Source: an uncultured Actinomycetes bacterium
GTDB taxonomy: Bacteria; Actinomycetota; Thermoleophilia; UBA2241
Length of the DNA stretch: 64,000 nt
NCBI GenBank assembly: GCA_963845355.1
Contig: CAWJRV010000028.1
Location: 1,427-65,426, forward strand
Direction: 5' to 3'
Numbering within the stretch: the stretch's first letter is position 1; each line of letters begins with the position of its first letter. This document shows, piece after piece, positions 28,622 to 37,839 of this stretch. The notes beneath the pieces are model-generated. The model saw nothing but the letters and a program-made list of their open reading frames with translations. It did no database searches and was not told the origin of the DNA. Position numbers and translations under genes: made by a program.

Positions 28622-29891
28622 TTACGACGCTCCGTCTACCGGCGCCGACAGGGCCGTTTCGAGGCGCTGCACGGCGTCGTCCTGCATCGACGGCAGGACG
28701 TGCGAGTACGTGTCCAGCGTGATCGCGATGGTCGAGTGCCCCAGCATCTCGCTGACGACCTTGGGATGGACGCCTTGCCCGAGTAGCAGGGTCGCGCAGG
28801 TGTGCCTGAGATCATGGAAGCGGACCTTGTAGTCGGTCTTGCCGATGAGGCTGCGCCAACTGCTCGCAAAGCTCTCCGGGTTCCAGGGGTCGCCCCTCTC
28901 CCCCGCGAACACGAGACCCTGGTCCCGGTAATCCTTCCCCTGAAGCAATCGCATGGCCGCCTGGTCGCTCTTGTGCTTGCGCAGAGCGGCAGCCGGCCGT
29001 CTCGGACAACATGACGACGCGGCGGCCACGCGAGGTCTTGGGCTCCTTGAACAGGGGTGCGCCGTGTATCCATTGGAGCGATTCGACGCAGCTTAGCGTC
29101 CTTGCGTCTATATCTATGTTGCGCCAGCGCAGCGCGAGCAGTTCGCCGCGCCTCATGCCCGTGTGGATCGCCAGCAGGACTGGTAGGTGCATCCTCGTGC
29201 CCTCCGCCTTGGCGAGCAGAGCACGAACCTGTTGGGCGTCAATCGTCTGCATCGGCTTGCGTGCCGGCTTGGGCGGCTGTACAGCGTCACAGACGTTGCG
29301 CACGACGAGGTTCCACTTCACGGCCCGCTTGAGTGCTTCGCTCAGAACTCGGTGATGATGCAGCACGGTCCTTGGCGAGAGGCCGGTCGGTTGGGGCTCG
29401 GCCTTCGCCCGCGAGCGCCGCTTGCCCTTCGGCTTGGCCACCTTCCGCTGGATGCGCCCGGACTTGAGCGCTTTGGCGTAGTAGCTCTGGACGTGCAGGC
29501 TGGTGAGCTTCGGTAGCAGCACTTCGCCCAGAGCTGGCACCAAGTGCAGCCGCACGATCTGCTGGTAGCGCAGTAGGGTCGCGGGCGACAGGTTCGACTC
29601 ACACGACGAAAGCCACTGTTCGAGGTAGTCGCGCACCTTGAGGCGTTGCGGGTCGATGTACGCGCCCGTCGCAATCTCGTTGAGGATGCGGGCGTGGTAG
29701 TTCTCGGCTTCCGTCTGGAGCCCATGGAACGTGTGTCGGCGCCGGATGCGCTTCCCGTCTGCGTCGTAGCCCAAGTCGACCACGAACGTCCAGACCCCCT
29801 TGCCCCTGCTCTTGATCGGCGCCTTCAACGGGACGCCCGTTGCTGGCGCTTCTGAAGAGGCCAGCACACCGAGACTTGGCGCCACCGTCAT
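28622..29891 (-). pseudogene. int: Tyrosine integrase interrupted by one frameshift (~28991-28997)
   Basis: The N-terminal frame reads KSRGKGVWTFVVDLGYDADGKRIRR...HTGMRRGELLALRW...KTSRGRRVVMLSETA. The C-terminal frame continues AAALRKHKSDQ...FHDLRHTCATLLL...LGHSTIAITLDTYSH (catalytic Tyr). The start may be ATG 29891 or TTG 29828. Confidence 0.8.
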
Positions 29892-30702
29892 CGGCTGGGC
29901 AGAAGCGCTGGCGGCCGTCCGTGACGAGGAACGGGGTGCGGCATGTGTCCAGCTCACAAAGCCTCACGAGTCCATGGTCAGCCCAATCGCCGACGTGAAA
30001 CCAGACGGTCTCAACGAGTGTTCTCGTGCTTGTCAGCCAGCGGAGGCGATTCTCGGGCAGGCTGGGGAAGAGAATCGTCTGAAGACTGCGCGTGTTCGAC
30101 GCGACCAGGTCCGCCACTATCTTCATAGCCAAGCCCGGTGCGTCCACATCGGGGTACATCTCGTTTCTGACTTCGAGGCCAAGAGCCAAGGTGAACCCGA
30201 GTGATGCGTTGGACGTGTCGACGAGGGCGGCCGAGCGCCACTCCGTCTGGTAGCGCGCCAAGACGGCTCCGACCTCCTCGGCAGAGTCGCCCTGGAGTGC
30301 CTCTAGCAGTTCCGTCGCGAAGCGAACCGACCTCGCCTGTGCCAGGAACCACGGCAGGGGGTCGCCTCCCGCCAGTCGACCCACCTCGCCCCTTATCGCC
30401 GCCTCCCTGCTCTCGTCGACCTCGGCCCCAGCCTTGAAGTCGGCCCACTCGTCCTCTAGCAGCGTTGGCACCAGCAACTCGCAGTAGCCGAGCAGGCCGT
30501 ACCTGCGGACGAAGTCACATGCAGACCTCTCGTCGACGACCTTCGACAGGGCGTTAGGCAAGTTGGGCACGTCCTGAGGTCGGTAGGCGCGTCGACGTAC
30601 TTCGTCCGGCTCATAGTTGATGACAAGCCCTTTGACGAACGGCTCGTCGCCCGCTCGCCAAGACACGCGGTCAACCTCAACGTGAGACTTTCTTACGCTC
30701 AT
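29599..30702 (-). CDS. Leftward hypothetical protein ending in a Cys4 (CGNR-like) zinc-finger motif
   Basis: MSVRKSHVEVDRVSW...LCELDTCRTPFLVTDGRQRFCPADDGGAKSRC. The last ~100 codons overlap int and look like filler. A shifted frame gives LQKRQQRASR-stop at ~29825. Confidence 0.5.
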   Translation of the reverse strand: MSVRKSHVEVDRVSWRAGDEPFVKGLVINYEPDEVRRRAYRPQDVPNLPNALSKVVDERSACDFVRRYGLLGYCELLVPTLLEDEWADFKAGAEVDESREAAIRGEVGRLAGGDPLPWFLAQARSVRFATELLEALQGDSAEEVGAVLARYQTEWRSAALVDTSNASLGFTLALGLEVRNEMYPDVDAPGLAMKIVADLVASNTRSLQTILFPSLPENRLRWLTSTRTLVETVWFHVGDWADHGLVRLCELDTCRTPFLVTDGRQRFCPADDGGAKSRCAGLFRSASNGRPVEGADQEQGQGGLDVRGRLGLRRRREAHPAPTHVPWAPDGSRELPRPHPQRDCDGRVHRPATPQGARLPRTVAFVV

Positions 30703-30737
30703 GTCTTGCTATTTCTCTACCGTTAGAAGGACCAATG

Positions 30738-30746
30738 TGCTATAAT
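30738..30746 (+). promoter_or_regulatory. Extended -10 promoter TGCTATAAT of the rightward Cro-like gene, followed by an 11-bp palindrome
   Basis: aaTGTGCTATAATgacc, then GACACcGTGTC at 30759-30769. AAGGGGG ribosome-binding site and ATG at 30797. Confidence 0.55.
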
Positions 30747-30796
30747 GACCTATACAAAGACACCGTGTCAAGAGCAAATGCGAACAAGGGGGCACC

Positions 30797-30997
30797 ATGA
30801 AGACACTCAGGATGAAGCGGATTCTACGCGACTGGAGCCAAGCGGAACTCGCTCGGCAGTCGGGACTCAGCCCGAGCACGGTGTGCCAGATCGAGTCCGG
30901 ACGGTTTCGGCCATACCCTTCGCAACTCGCCAAGATCGCTCGGGCACTCGACGCCTCCGACAACCCCGGCGCTCTGCTTGCTGATGTCGAGCGGTAG
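30797..30997 (+). CDS. XRE-family HTH regulator (Cro/CI-like)
   Basis: MKRILRDWSQAELARQSGLSPSTVCQIESGRF. Confidence 0.8.
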   Translation: MKTLRMKRILRDWSQAELARQSGLSPSTVCQIESGRFRPYPSQLAKIARALDASDNPGALLADVER

Positions 30998-31208
30998 CAC
31001 CGAGGCGTGGACCTGGGACGACTTCCCCGAAGTGCTCCAGCCGCGTCACATCATGACCATCCTCGGAGTCTCCGACGCGACGGTCTACGACCTGAACCAC
31101 AACATGCTGAAGGGCGTGGCTCGCAGGGTCGGACGTCAATGGCGCTACCCCAAGTCGGGGGTGCGCCGGCTGCTGGAGGGCGACATCGTCGCTCAAGTCG
31201 AGGGGTGA
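30984..31208 (+). CDS. xis: Excisionase-type HTH DNA-binding protein
   Basis: LQPRHIMTILGVSDATVYDLNHNMLKGVARRVGRQWRYPKSGVRRLL. Confidence 0.7.
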   Translation: MSSGSTEAWTWDDFPEVLQPRHIMTILGVSDATVYDLNHNMLKGVARRVGRQWRYPKSGVRRLLEGDIVAQVEG

Positions 31209-31804
31209 TCGCCCCGACGCCACTCAAAGCGGCCCGCGCTCGTTGTCTCGACTGCGCCGAAACGCGGACCGACGTTAGCAACTGCGGTGACGCGGACTGC
31301 GCCTTGTATCCGTACCGACTGGGCGTAGGCCGAATCACCCTGCGGATCATCCGCCTGCATTGCCTGGAGTGCTGCGACGGTTCCACACACGAGGTGAAGG
31401 AGTGCCCGGCCGTCTCCTGCCCGCTCCGCTCCTACCGTATGGGTCATCGCCCGACATCTGGCAAGCCCGCTACAGAGGTGCAGAAGGATGGCACTCGAAA
31501 AGGCCCGTCTTGCACTCCACGGGGCTCGAGAACTAGACATCCAGCGCGCGGTAGCTCTTTCTGGGGTGACTGCCCTATGAGGGGTGCTTGCGGCGGAATC
31601 GCGTACGCGGGAACGCAGCTCCGCGCGATCGCCTCGGCGTCCGCGTTGGCGGCGGCTGAAAAGCGGAGAAGTCCGCATCCCCAAGGACCCGTACGGCAGG
31701 GTGTTCGTTGTCTCCGCCGGCTTCCTCCGGAGGCGCTTCGGTCGGTGCGTCCTTCACCGCGATTCGCCGCCGTTCACCACCATATGGACAAACTGGCATC
31801 TTGA
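31205..31804 (+). CDS. Cys-rich zinc-finger protein with two tandem CxxC...C...C-P-L-x-x-Y-R-x-G modules; 3' end uncertain
   Basis: GTG overlaps the xis stop. Contains RCLDCAETRTDVSNCGDADCALYPYRLGVG and HCLECCDGSTHEVKECPAVSCPLRSYRMGHRP. The sequence after ~31470 looks like filler, so a frame change is possible. Confidence 0.45.
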   Translation: MIAPTPLKAARARCLDCAETRTDVSNCGDADCALYPYRLGVGRITLRIIRLHCLECCDGSTHEVKECPAVSCPLRSYRMGHRPTSGKPATEVQKDGTRKGPSCTPRGSRTRHPARGSSFWGDCPMRGACGGIAYAGTQLRAIASASALAAAEKRRSPHPQGPVRQGVRCLRRLPPEALRSVRPSPRFAAVHHHMDKLAS

Positions 31805-31852
31805 CATTCTGAGGCTAATTCTGTGCAGAACCCTGGCCAAACTTGGCGAAAT

Positions 31853-31861
31853 ATGCTATAC
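31853..31861 (+). promoter_or_regulatory. Second island promoter, extended -10 TGCTATACT
   Basis: aaataTGCTATACTgtac lies in an AT-richer stretch ~55 nt upstream of ATG 31915. Confidence 0.45.
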
Positions 31862-31914
31862 TGTACTTGAAAGGGAGTAGTGCTTACTCCATCTTGTCCA
31901 AGGGGGGCCTATTC

Positions 31915-32098
31915 ATGACTGAGACCTACCTGTCCGTGCGCGAGACCGCTTCTCGCCTCAGCCTCTGTCCGGAAACCATTACGGCTGGATCAAGCGGGGC
32001 ATCGTTCCAGCCATTCAGACTCGGGCGGGACCTACCGCATCCCCGAGTCGTTCATCCGGGACTACCCCACCGTGCCGATGGCGGCCGTCGAGGCTTAG
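31915..32098 (+). pseudogene. Excisionase/MerR-like HTH gene with two single-nucleotide frame disruptions
   Basis: Three frames read in succession give MTETYLSVRETASRLSLCPETI | YGWIKRGIVPAIQT | GGTYRIPESFIRDYPTVPMAAVEA-stop. The breaks are at attac (31977-79) and cgggcggg (32024-30). Confidence 0.65.
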
Positions 32099-32338
32099 GT
32101 GCGCAGTGAGTCGGTCGCTGCTGATGCAGTGCGGCGCTGGGCTCAACAGCGCGCCGTTCCACTCGGGGCCGTTGACGGCCTGATGCTCATGATGCTTGAG
32201 CAGGGTTACGACGAGTGGCAGGCGATCGCCGCGCTGCGCCTGATGGAGTCGCATGGACTCATCCGCGTCGGCGCCTCTCAGGAAATCGTCATCACGCGCT
32301 ACGGCGAGGCGCAGCTCGCCGCGACCAGAAACCGCTAG
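32099..32338 (+). CDS. Small hypothetical protein
   Basis: GTG follows the preceding stop directly. 79 aa with coding-like composition (LMLMMLEQGYDEWQAIAALRLMESHGLIRV). Confidence 0.5.
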   Translation: MRSESVAADAVRRWAQQRAVPLGAVDGLMLMMLEQGYDEWQAIAALRLMESHGLIRVGASQEIVITRYGEAQLAATRNR

Positions 32339-32483
32339 CGGGAGACTGTGAAGGGGAAACCATGACCATAAACGCAGCGAGGCCCGGGCGCCGTGGCAAG
32401 CAGACCCGGACCTCATCAAATCTACTTTTCATGATACTCCATCGGAGTCGGTCCGTCAACCAGGGTTGCCCTGCGGGTCCGAC

Positions 32484-33635
32484 ATGAACGGCGAGGTTCG
32501 TATCCCGAAGGACGAGTTAGACGGAGTCCTGAGCTTGTCGGCCGGCGGCAAGATCACCCCGAAGGAACTCCTTGCCGCCCTCACCATCTGTCGCCTCACC
32601 TACGGCCACAACAACCAAGGGCACACGAGTGTCCGAGCCCAGGCTGTCGCCGATCGCACCGGCATGAGCGTGCGGGGCGCGCAGCGGAGGATCAAATCCC
32701 TCGGCGACAAAGGCGTCCTGAAGACCTGGGGCGCAAACAGCAGGGGCGTGCTCGATGTAGGACTGCACCCCGACGTGTCGATAGCGGGTCAGGCGATGCA
32801 GGCGCGCCTGGCGAAGGAGTACGCCGACAGACAGTCCGGAAAGCCCACCCCGTCACTAGCTAGTGACGCAGTACCCCGTCACCAGCTAGTGACGCACCCC
32901 CCGTCAGTAGCTAGTGACGCACCGATGAAGCATTCCTCTAGAAGCACACCCATTGAAACAGTCCCTAGAGAAGGGGACCTCGCTAACGCTTCGGGGGAAA
33001 CCCCCACTCGGGCGACCGTCGAAGCAAGCCCCTGCGCTCCTTGCCCCCTCGTTAGCCCAGGCACGAAAGACGGCACCGGGGAGGAGGCGGAGCCGCACGT
33101 TACGCCGCCGGCTCCCTATCACCAGAGGGATTCCCTCCTCTCTGACGACACGCTCGCCCGGGCGGTCGGCGCCTTCGACCCGGATGGTCGGGTGTCCGCA
33201 AAGGCGGGAAGGGGAGCGATCCTGCGTCTCTGGGTGCGCGTTCTCGACGAGGCGTGGTGCTCTGGATATCAGCGCGCCTCCGACGAACGTCTCGTCGAAG
33301 TTCTTCTGCCGATCATGGAGCGAGTCGGGGCCGAGAAGGCCAAGTACATCCTCCGCGATGACGTGCGCTATCCGGCCTCCTATCTCGACAGCGTTGGCCG
33401 CGACGAGTTGCTTTTCGAGGAGGACGGCGACCTGCGGGAGCTCAAACAGGCCGAGCGTGAATCTGACCGCGACATCGAACGCACAGCCGTGCCCAATGAG
33501 AACGCTAGGAAGCTGGCGGAGTTGGCACGCCAGACGATGGATCGTATGGCGGAAGAGGGCCGCTCCATCTTCGGGCCGCCCGAAGAGGAGCCGGAGTGGG
33601 AGCGCGGTCTGGGTTACTCGATGGGGATGGCGTGA
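32484..33635 (+). CDS. Replication-organiser-like protein (winged-helix N-terminus resembling phage O/replisome organiser)
   Basis: ITPKELLAALTICRLTYGHNNQGHTSVRAQAVADRTGMSVRGAQRRIKSLGDKGVL. Acidic C-terminus. Iteron-like repeats lie inside the gene. Confidence 0.6.
   Translation: MNGEVRIPKDELDGVLSLSAGGKITPKELLAALTICRLTYGHNNQGHTSVRAQAVADRTGMSVRGAQRRIKSLGDKGVLKTWGANSRGVLDVGLHPDVSIAGQAMQARLAKEYADRQSGKPTPSLASDAVPRHQLVTHPPSVASDAPMKHSSRSTPIETVPREGDLANASGETPTRATVEASPCAPCPLVSPGTKDGTGEEAEPHVTPPAPYHQRDSLLSDDTLARAVGAFDPDGRVSAKAGRGAILRLWVRVLDEAWCSGYQRASDERLVEVLLPIMERVGAEKAKYILRDDVRYPASYLDSVGRDELLFEEDGDLRELKQAERESDRDIERTAVPNENARKLAELARQTMDRMAEEGRSIFGPPEEEPEWERGLGYSMGMA
32851..32921 (+). repeat. Three copies of a 16-bp palindrome GTCACTAGCTAGTGAC (+CGCA): candidate origin iterons
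   Basis: cGTCACTAGCTAGTGACgca (32851-70), cGTCACCAGCTAGTGACgca (32878-96), cGTCAGTAGCTAGTGACgca (32902-21). Spacing is 27 and 24 nt. Confidence 0.7.
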
Positions 33636-33937
33636 TGCTGTTCCTGGAGTCGATCCGCCAGCAGAACGGCTGGCCGCGAGTTCAACTCGCCCTCACGGCA
33701 GCCATGGACTACGAGCGTCTTTGCCACCTTGAGGCCGGCGTCGTGTCGCCAACCACGCAGGAGGCCGAGAAACTCGCTGCCGTGCTGAACTACACGGGCT
33801 CCCCGGCGCAACTCTTCACGCCCGTCGTCACGACTACCACGCCGAGTCGGCCGGCGACCAGGACCGAGGCGCCACGGAAGATTCCGCTCAAGGGCGGTCG
33901 GTTGCCCTGGTCGACTTTGAGGACGCCGAGCGCGTAA
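33635..33937 (+). CDS. XRE-like HTH protein (3' end uncertain)
   Basis: ATG overlaps the rep stop (TGATG). IRQQNGWPRVQLALTAAMDYERLCHLEAGVVSPTTQEAEKLAAVLN. Confidence 0.5.
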   Translation: MLFLESIRQQNGWPRVQLALTAAMDYERLCHLEAGVVSPTTQEAEKLAAVLNYTGSPAQLFTPVVTTTTPSRPATRTEAPRKIPLKGGRLPWSTLRTPSA

Positions 33938-34564
33938 TGGAGCACCTGTGGTACCGGATGAAGGGCAACACCACGGACTATGCCGTCTCGCGGTAGCGTG
34001 CTACTCCACCGGTTCGTTACCGGCGCGCGCGCGGGACGGTCGTCCACCACAAGGACGGCGATGGCCTCAACTGCCGCAGAAGAACCTGCGAGTGCTAGCC
34101 GCGCCGCACACGTCCGTACGACAGGGCCGGCGGCAGGTTCTTCGAGCCAGTACAAGGGCGTGACGAAGAGTGGCAACGAGGGAAGACCGTGGCAGGCCCG
34201 CCTCGGGATCGACCGCAAGCACTACTACCTGGGCCGCTACGCTTCCGAGGTGGAGGCTGCCCGAGCCTACAACGCCGCTCAGGCGAAGTTCGTCGGCTTC
34301 ACATCTGGCGCTTACTTCAACGACATTCCGAAGGGATCGCGCTTCGGCCGCATCGTCCTACCAGAGGCGTCGCTGCTACGGCTCAACAATGCTGCCGCAG
34401 AGTACCGGCTTCGAAGCAAGTCCGAGACATCTTATGGCCACGAGGGGAAAGTCGCGGCTCTATTCGCACGGGGGGTGGCTCATGGGGAGTCAGAAGAACA
34501 GGTTTGCGTCGCCAGCCAGGACGTCCGTCGCCATCAGCCCGGTCGCGACAAGCAGGGGCAGTAG
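33871..34564 (+). pseudogene. HNH endonuclease with AP2 DNA-binding domain, broken by about five frame switches
   Basis: Pieces in different frames: IPLKGGR | VALVDFEDAERVMEHLWYRMKGNTTDYAVSR | GSVLLHRFVTGARAG | TVVHHKDGDGLNCRRR | NLRVL | ...SSSQYKGVTKSGNEGRPWQARLGIDRKHYYLGRYASEVEAARAYNAAQAKFVG (AP2). Confidence 0.65.
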
Positions 34565-34567
34565 GCC

Positions 34568-37500
34568 ATGCCGCTAATCGTCGGCGACCTCAACGGCAAC
34601 CCGACCATCGTTGCGCCCCCGCCGAAGAAGAAGAAAGACGACCAAGGCCCCCTCGGCCCACCCACTTCCCGAGACCAGAGACGGTGGCGTCCCCATCGCC
34701 CGTCGCGCCAGCGGCTCCCGCCGCCACGCCGCCTGCCGAAATCCGCATCGCCAACATCGTGCAGGGCTACCATGCCGCCACCGGCCGCATCCCCGCGGCC
34801 GAGAAGATTCACGACGCACTCTCCATCTCCACCGGCCAGGAGGATGCCTTCTACTGGATGCAGCACTTCGCTCCGCTTGGCAATCCGGTAGTGCCGCTCT
34901 CCATCCGGCAGGCCGCCGCCAAGGGCGACTACCTCTCGCCGGGAAAGTTAGACCCGACCATGCCGCCGGATGTAAAGAGTCTGGTGCCCTACAACCAGCA
35001 GACAGTCACGACGCAGACCCCGCAGGAGTTGCTGTATGGCGGCGAGGCGACAGTCGGCCCGAGCCAACAGTTCTTCGCTGGCGGCCCCAATCCGCAGGAG
35101 CAAAGTGCCAAACAGGGACTCCTGAACGTCGTCCACGCCCTGACGCTGCCGACCTACGCCCAGCAGTATCAGAAGAACGTGGCCGACGCTGCGCTGTCGA
35201 AGTGGCCCGCCCTCAAGCCGCTGGGCCAACTCCTCGCCATCCCCACGTCCACGAACTTGCAAGACGCCATGAACGTCGGCGTGCTGAAGAACTACCTCGA
35301 TTCGCGCGGCTTCAGTGGAGCGCTCACCTCACCGAGCGGTACGCCGCAGTACATCGGGCCGCTGTCTGCTCCGTTCAAGAACACGGCCAAGCTCAACAAC
35401 GCGATCCGCACCTACGTCTTCTACCACGACCTCGCTCCCGCTTTGAGCGGCGACCTCAACGCCGAGACGGAAGCCGGCGCCACGGGGATGCTCCAGTCGG
35501 GCGAGTCCGTCGTCGACTATGTGCGCAACATGCCGGGATCAGACGAGGACCACAAGAATCTCGTCTACCTCTGGTCGTTCACCTCCCGGCCCGCCGACAT
35601 GCCCGCCGGGGCCTTCGCCGAGTGGTATCACGCCAAGTATCCGTCGCTCACTCCCGCCATCGTCCAGCAGCAACTCGCGCAGAAGAACACCAACAACCTG
35701 TCGGACATGAGCGCTATCCCCGACGACGTAAAGCAGGCGTTCTCCTACATCAACGCCAAACTTCCGAGGGACTGGCAGAGCGCCAATAGCGATGTCGGCA
35801 AGGCAGCGAACTCCGTCGTCGGCTTCATGGTGCGCCCACTATCGGATGTCTTGCAGGGCAACATCCGCGAGATCGGACCCGGAGCGCAGGGCAAGGTCGT
35901 CGGCCACATCAAGGTCGACGGCATGGTCCCGGCTCAGTTCGTGGCCCAGACGGTCAACTACGCCCTCAGCGTGCCCGAGCGCCAGATCGCCGCCCAGGTC
36001 TACGCCACTCTCGGCCTGTATCGCATGGCGAACGGCGACGAGAAGCTGAATCAGGTCATCAGCCAAGCGGCCAGCCAGATCACCCAGACCAAGGTGACGC
36101 CGGGCCAGGAGTTCGTCAAGGCAGTCGGCCTCGACCCGGTCAACCAGAACTGGCTCGCCTGGATGGGCGACCAAGCCTCGATGATCGCCGCTGGGTCCGT
36201 TTATGACGCCGCCGGGAAGGCCCTCGTCTCCGGCGCGCTTGACACCGACGCCGCCCGCGCCATCGCCGGGAGCGTCGGCATCAAGACCGACGCTCAGGTC
36301 ATCGCCTCTCTGAACGCTGTCGAGGACCCACAACTGCGTCAGTTCGCCATGCGCCTGCACTACGACGCCTGCTCGCCGAGCGAGTCCGCGCACTGGTCCA
36401 CGCTGGGCACCAACCCCGACGACATCGCGGTAGACCCGCGAGTGTCGGCGGCGACATCCTCGCCCCATTGGCGCGGGCCGTCCTCGCCGAGTCTAGCGTC
36501 CACATGGAAGCTACGGGCCTTCCAAAGCGAAGATGCCCCGGCCTTGCAGCGCGCCTTCCACCTCTCGACCATGGACGCATCGCCGGTCGACCTGACCTCG
36601 ACCAGCCGCGCCGACATCCAGACCTTCCAACATCTGCTACACCACGGCTATGAGGTCAAAGACGCGATGGCCTGGGGCGCCAAGATGACGCAGGCCATGA
36701 TCGACGACGCCAAAGCCGCGACTCCCGCCGAAGGAGAGGCGGCCCCGGCGCGCCAGTTCGCCAATGCCTCGAAGGTCAAGGCCGACCTCGAACAGGAGAT
36801 TGCCGATCACTATCGCTGGGACGAGAAGCCCAGCACCGACAACCCCGCCGGCGTCGTGCGGCAGCCCTCAGCGAAATTCATCCAGGCCATCAAAGACGAC
36901 CCGCTCATCGGACTCAACTGCGAGGACCCCGCGCGCCCCAGCTTCTACGACGAGTACCAGCACTTCGACCAAGCCCTCCAGAAGCACTACTCCACGCGCT
37001 TCGGCCCAAACCGCATGTATGCGCCGACGCTCGACGAGAACGGCCAAGTCATCGAAGGATCGAAGGCCCCTACCCCCACGACGCGCACCAACCAGACCGC
37101 GCGACTGGCCGACATCGACCGCAAGATAACCGCTCTGCGCCGCAGGGCGTCCTTGCAGAGCGAGTTCGACGTCACGGGCGCCACGCCGGAATGGGGAACC
37201 GCGACCAAGCCGAACCCCAAGGGCTACGTGCTGGGTGCGGACCAAACCATGCGCGCCCCGGCCCCGAAAGAGAACCTTCTGGCACAGGCCAACCCCGCGA
37301 CGACAGAGGTGCAGTTCAGCCCCGACGAGTTGCGGGCCGAGCGCGAGGACCTGCTGCTGCGCCAGAAGGAAAACGCCAAGGTCGGCGAGTCGTTCCACAG
37401 CCAGAAGACCGTTGACTCAGACCAGCCTTACACCGACGCCGAGCTCTGGCACCACATCCGAGACTCTGGCGGCATCAAGCCAGACGACGCCTACAAGGAC

Positions 37501-37839
37501 TCGCACGTCACCGGCCGCGAGAACACGGCGGCCTACAAGGGCCTCGCGCGCAAGGGCGGCCAGCCCATCGACGAACTCGCCAGCGACATCGCCGCCAACT
37601 TCCCGCACTTCGGCATCCGCAACGCCGACGACCTGCGCGAGTGGCTCGACAACTACAAGCCGCCGGCCAAGGAAGCGTCGACAGCCGAGCGCGACATCTA
37701 CGGAACCAAGGCGAGCCAAGACCCGCGTATCTGCGGTGCAGAAGGCGCTCTCTGCCGCCCAGAAGGCAGATACTCCCGAGTCCAAGCTCGCCGTCGTCTC
37801 CAGGGCCATCGACAAGATAGACATGACCCATGTGACTGA
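34568..37839 (+). CDS. Giant island protein, segment 1 (no recognisable domain)
   Basis: Sensible sequence in the 34189-37839 ORF from ~34690 (AEIRIANIVQGYHAATGRIPAAEKIHDAL...). The start is either ATG 34568 (MPLIVGDLNGNPTIVAPPPKKKKDD, another frame, tightly following the previous stop) or GTG 34684. Confidence 0.6.

Noticed and set aside
32362-32487. 41-codon ORF (MTINAARPGRRGKQTRTSS...) translationally coupled to rep via ATGA
   Set aside because: It has a plausible ribosome-binding site (AAGGGGA) and coupling. However, it is very short, basic and low-complexity, which is not enough evidence to call a gene.
37700-37720. Programmed ribosomal frameshift in the giant gene
   Set aside because: There is no slippery heptamer or downstream structure at this or the other junctions. 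Similar +/-1 breaks occur in unrelated island genes, including int, so mutation or sequencing indels are the simpler explanation.
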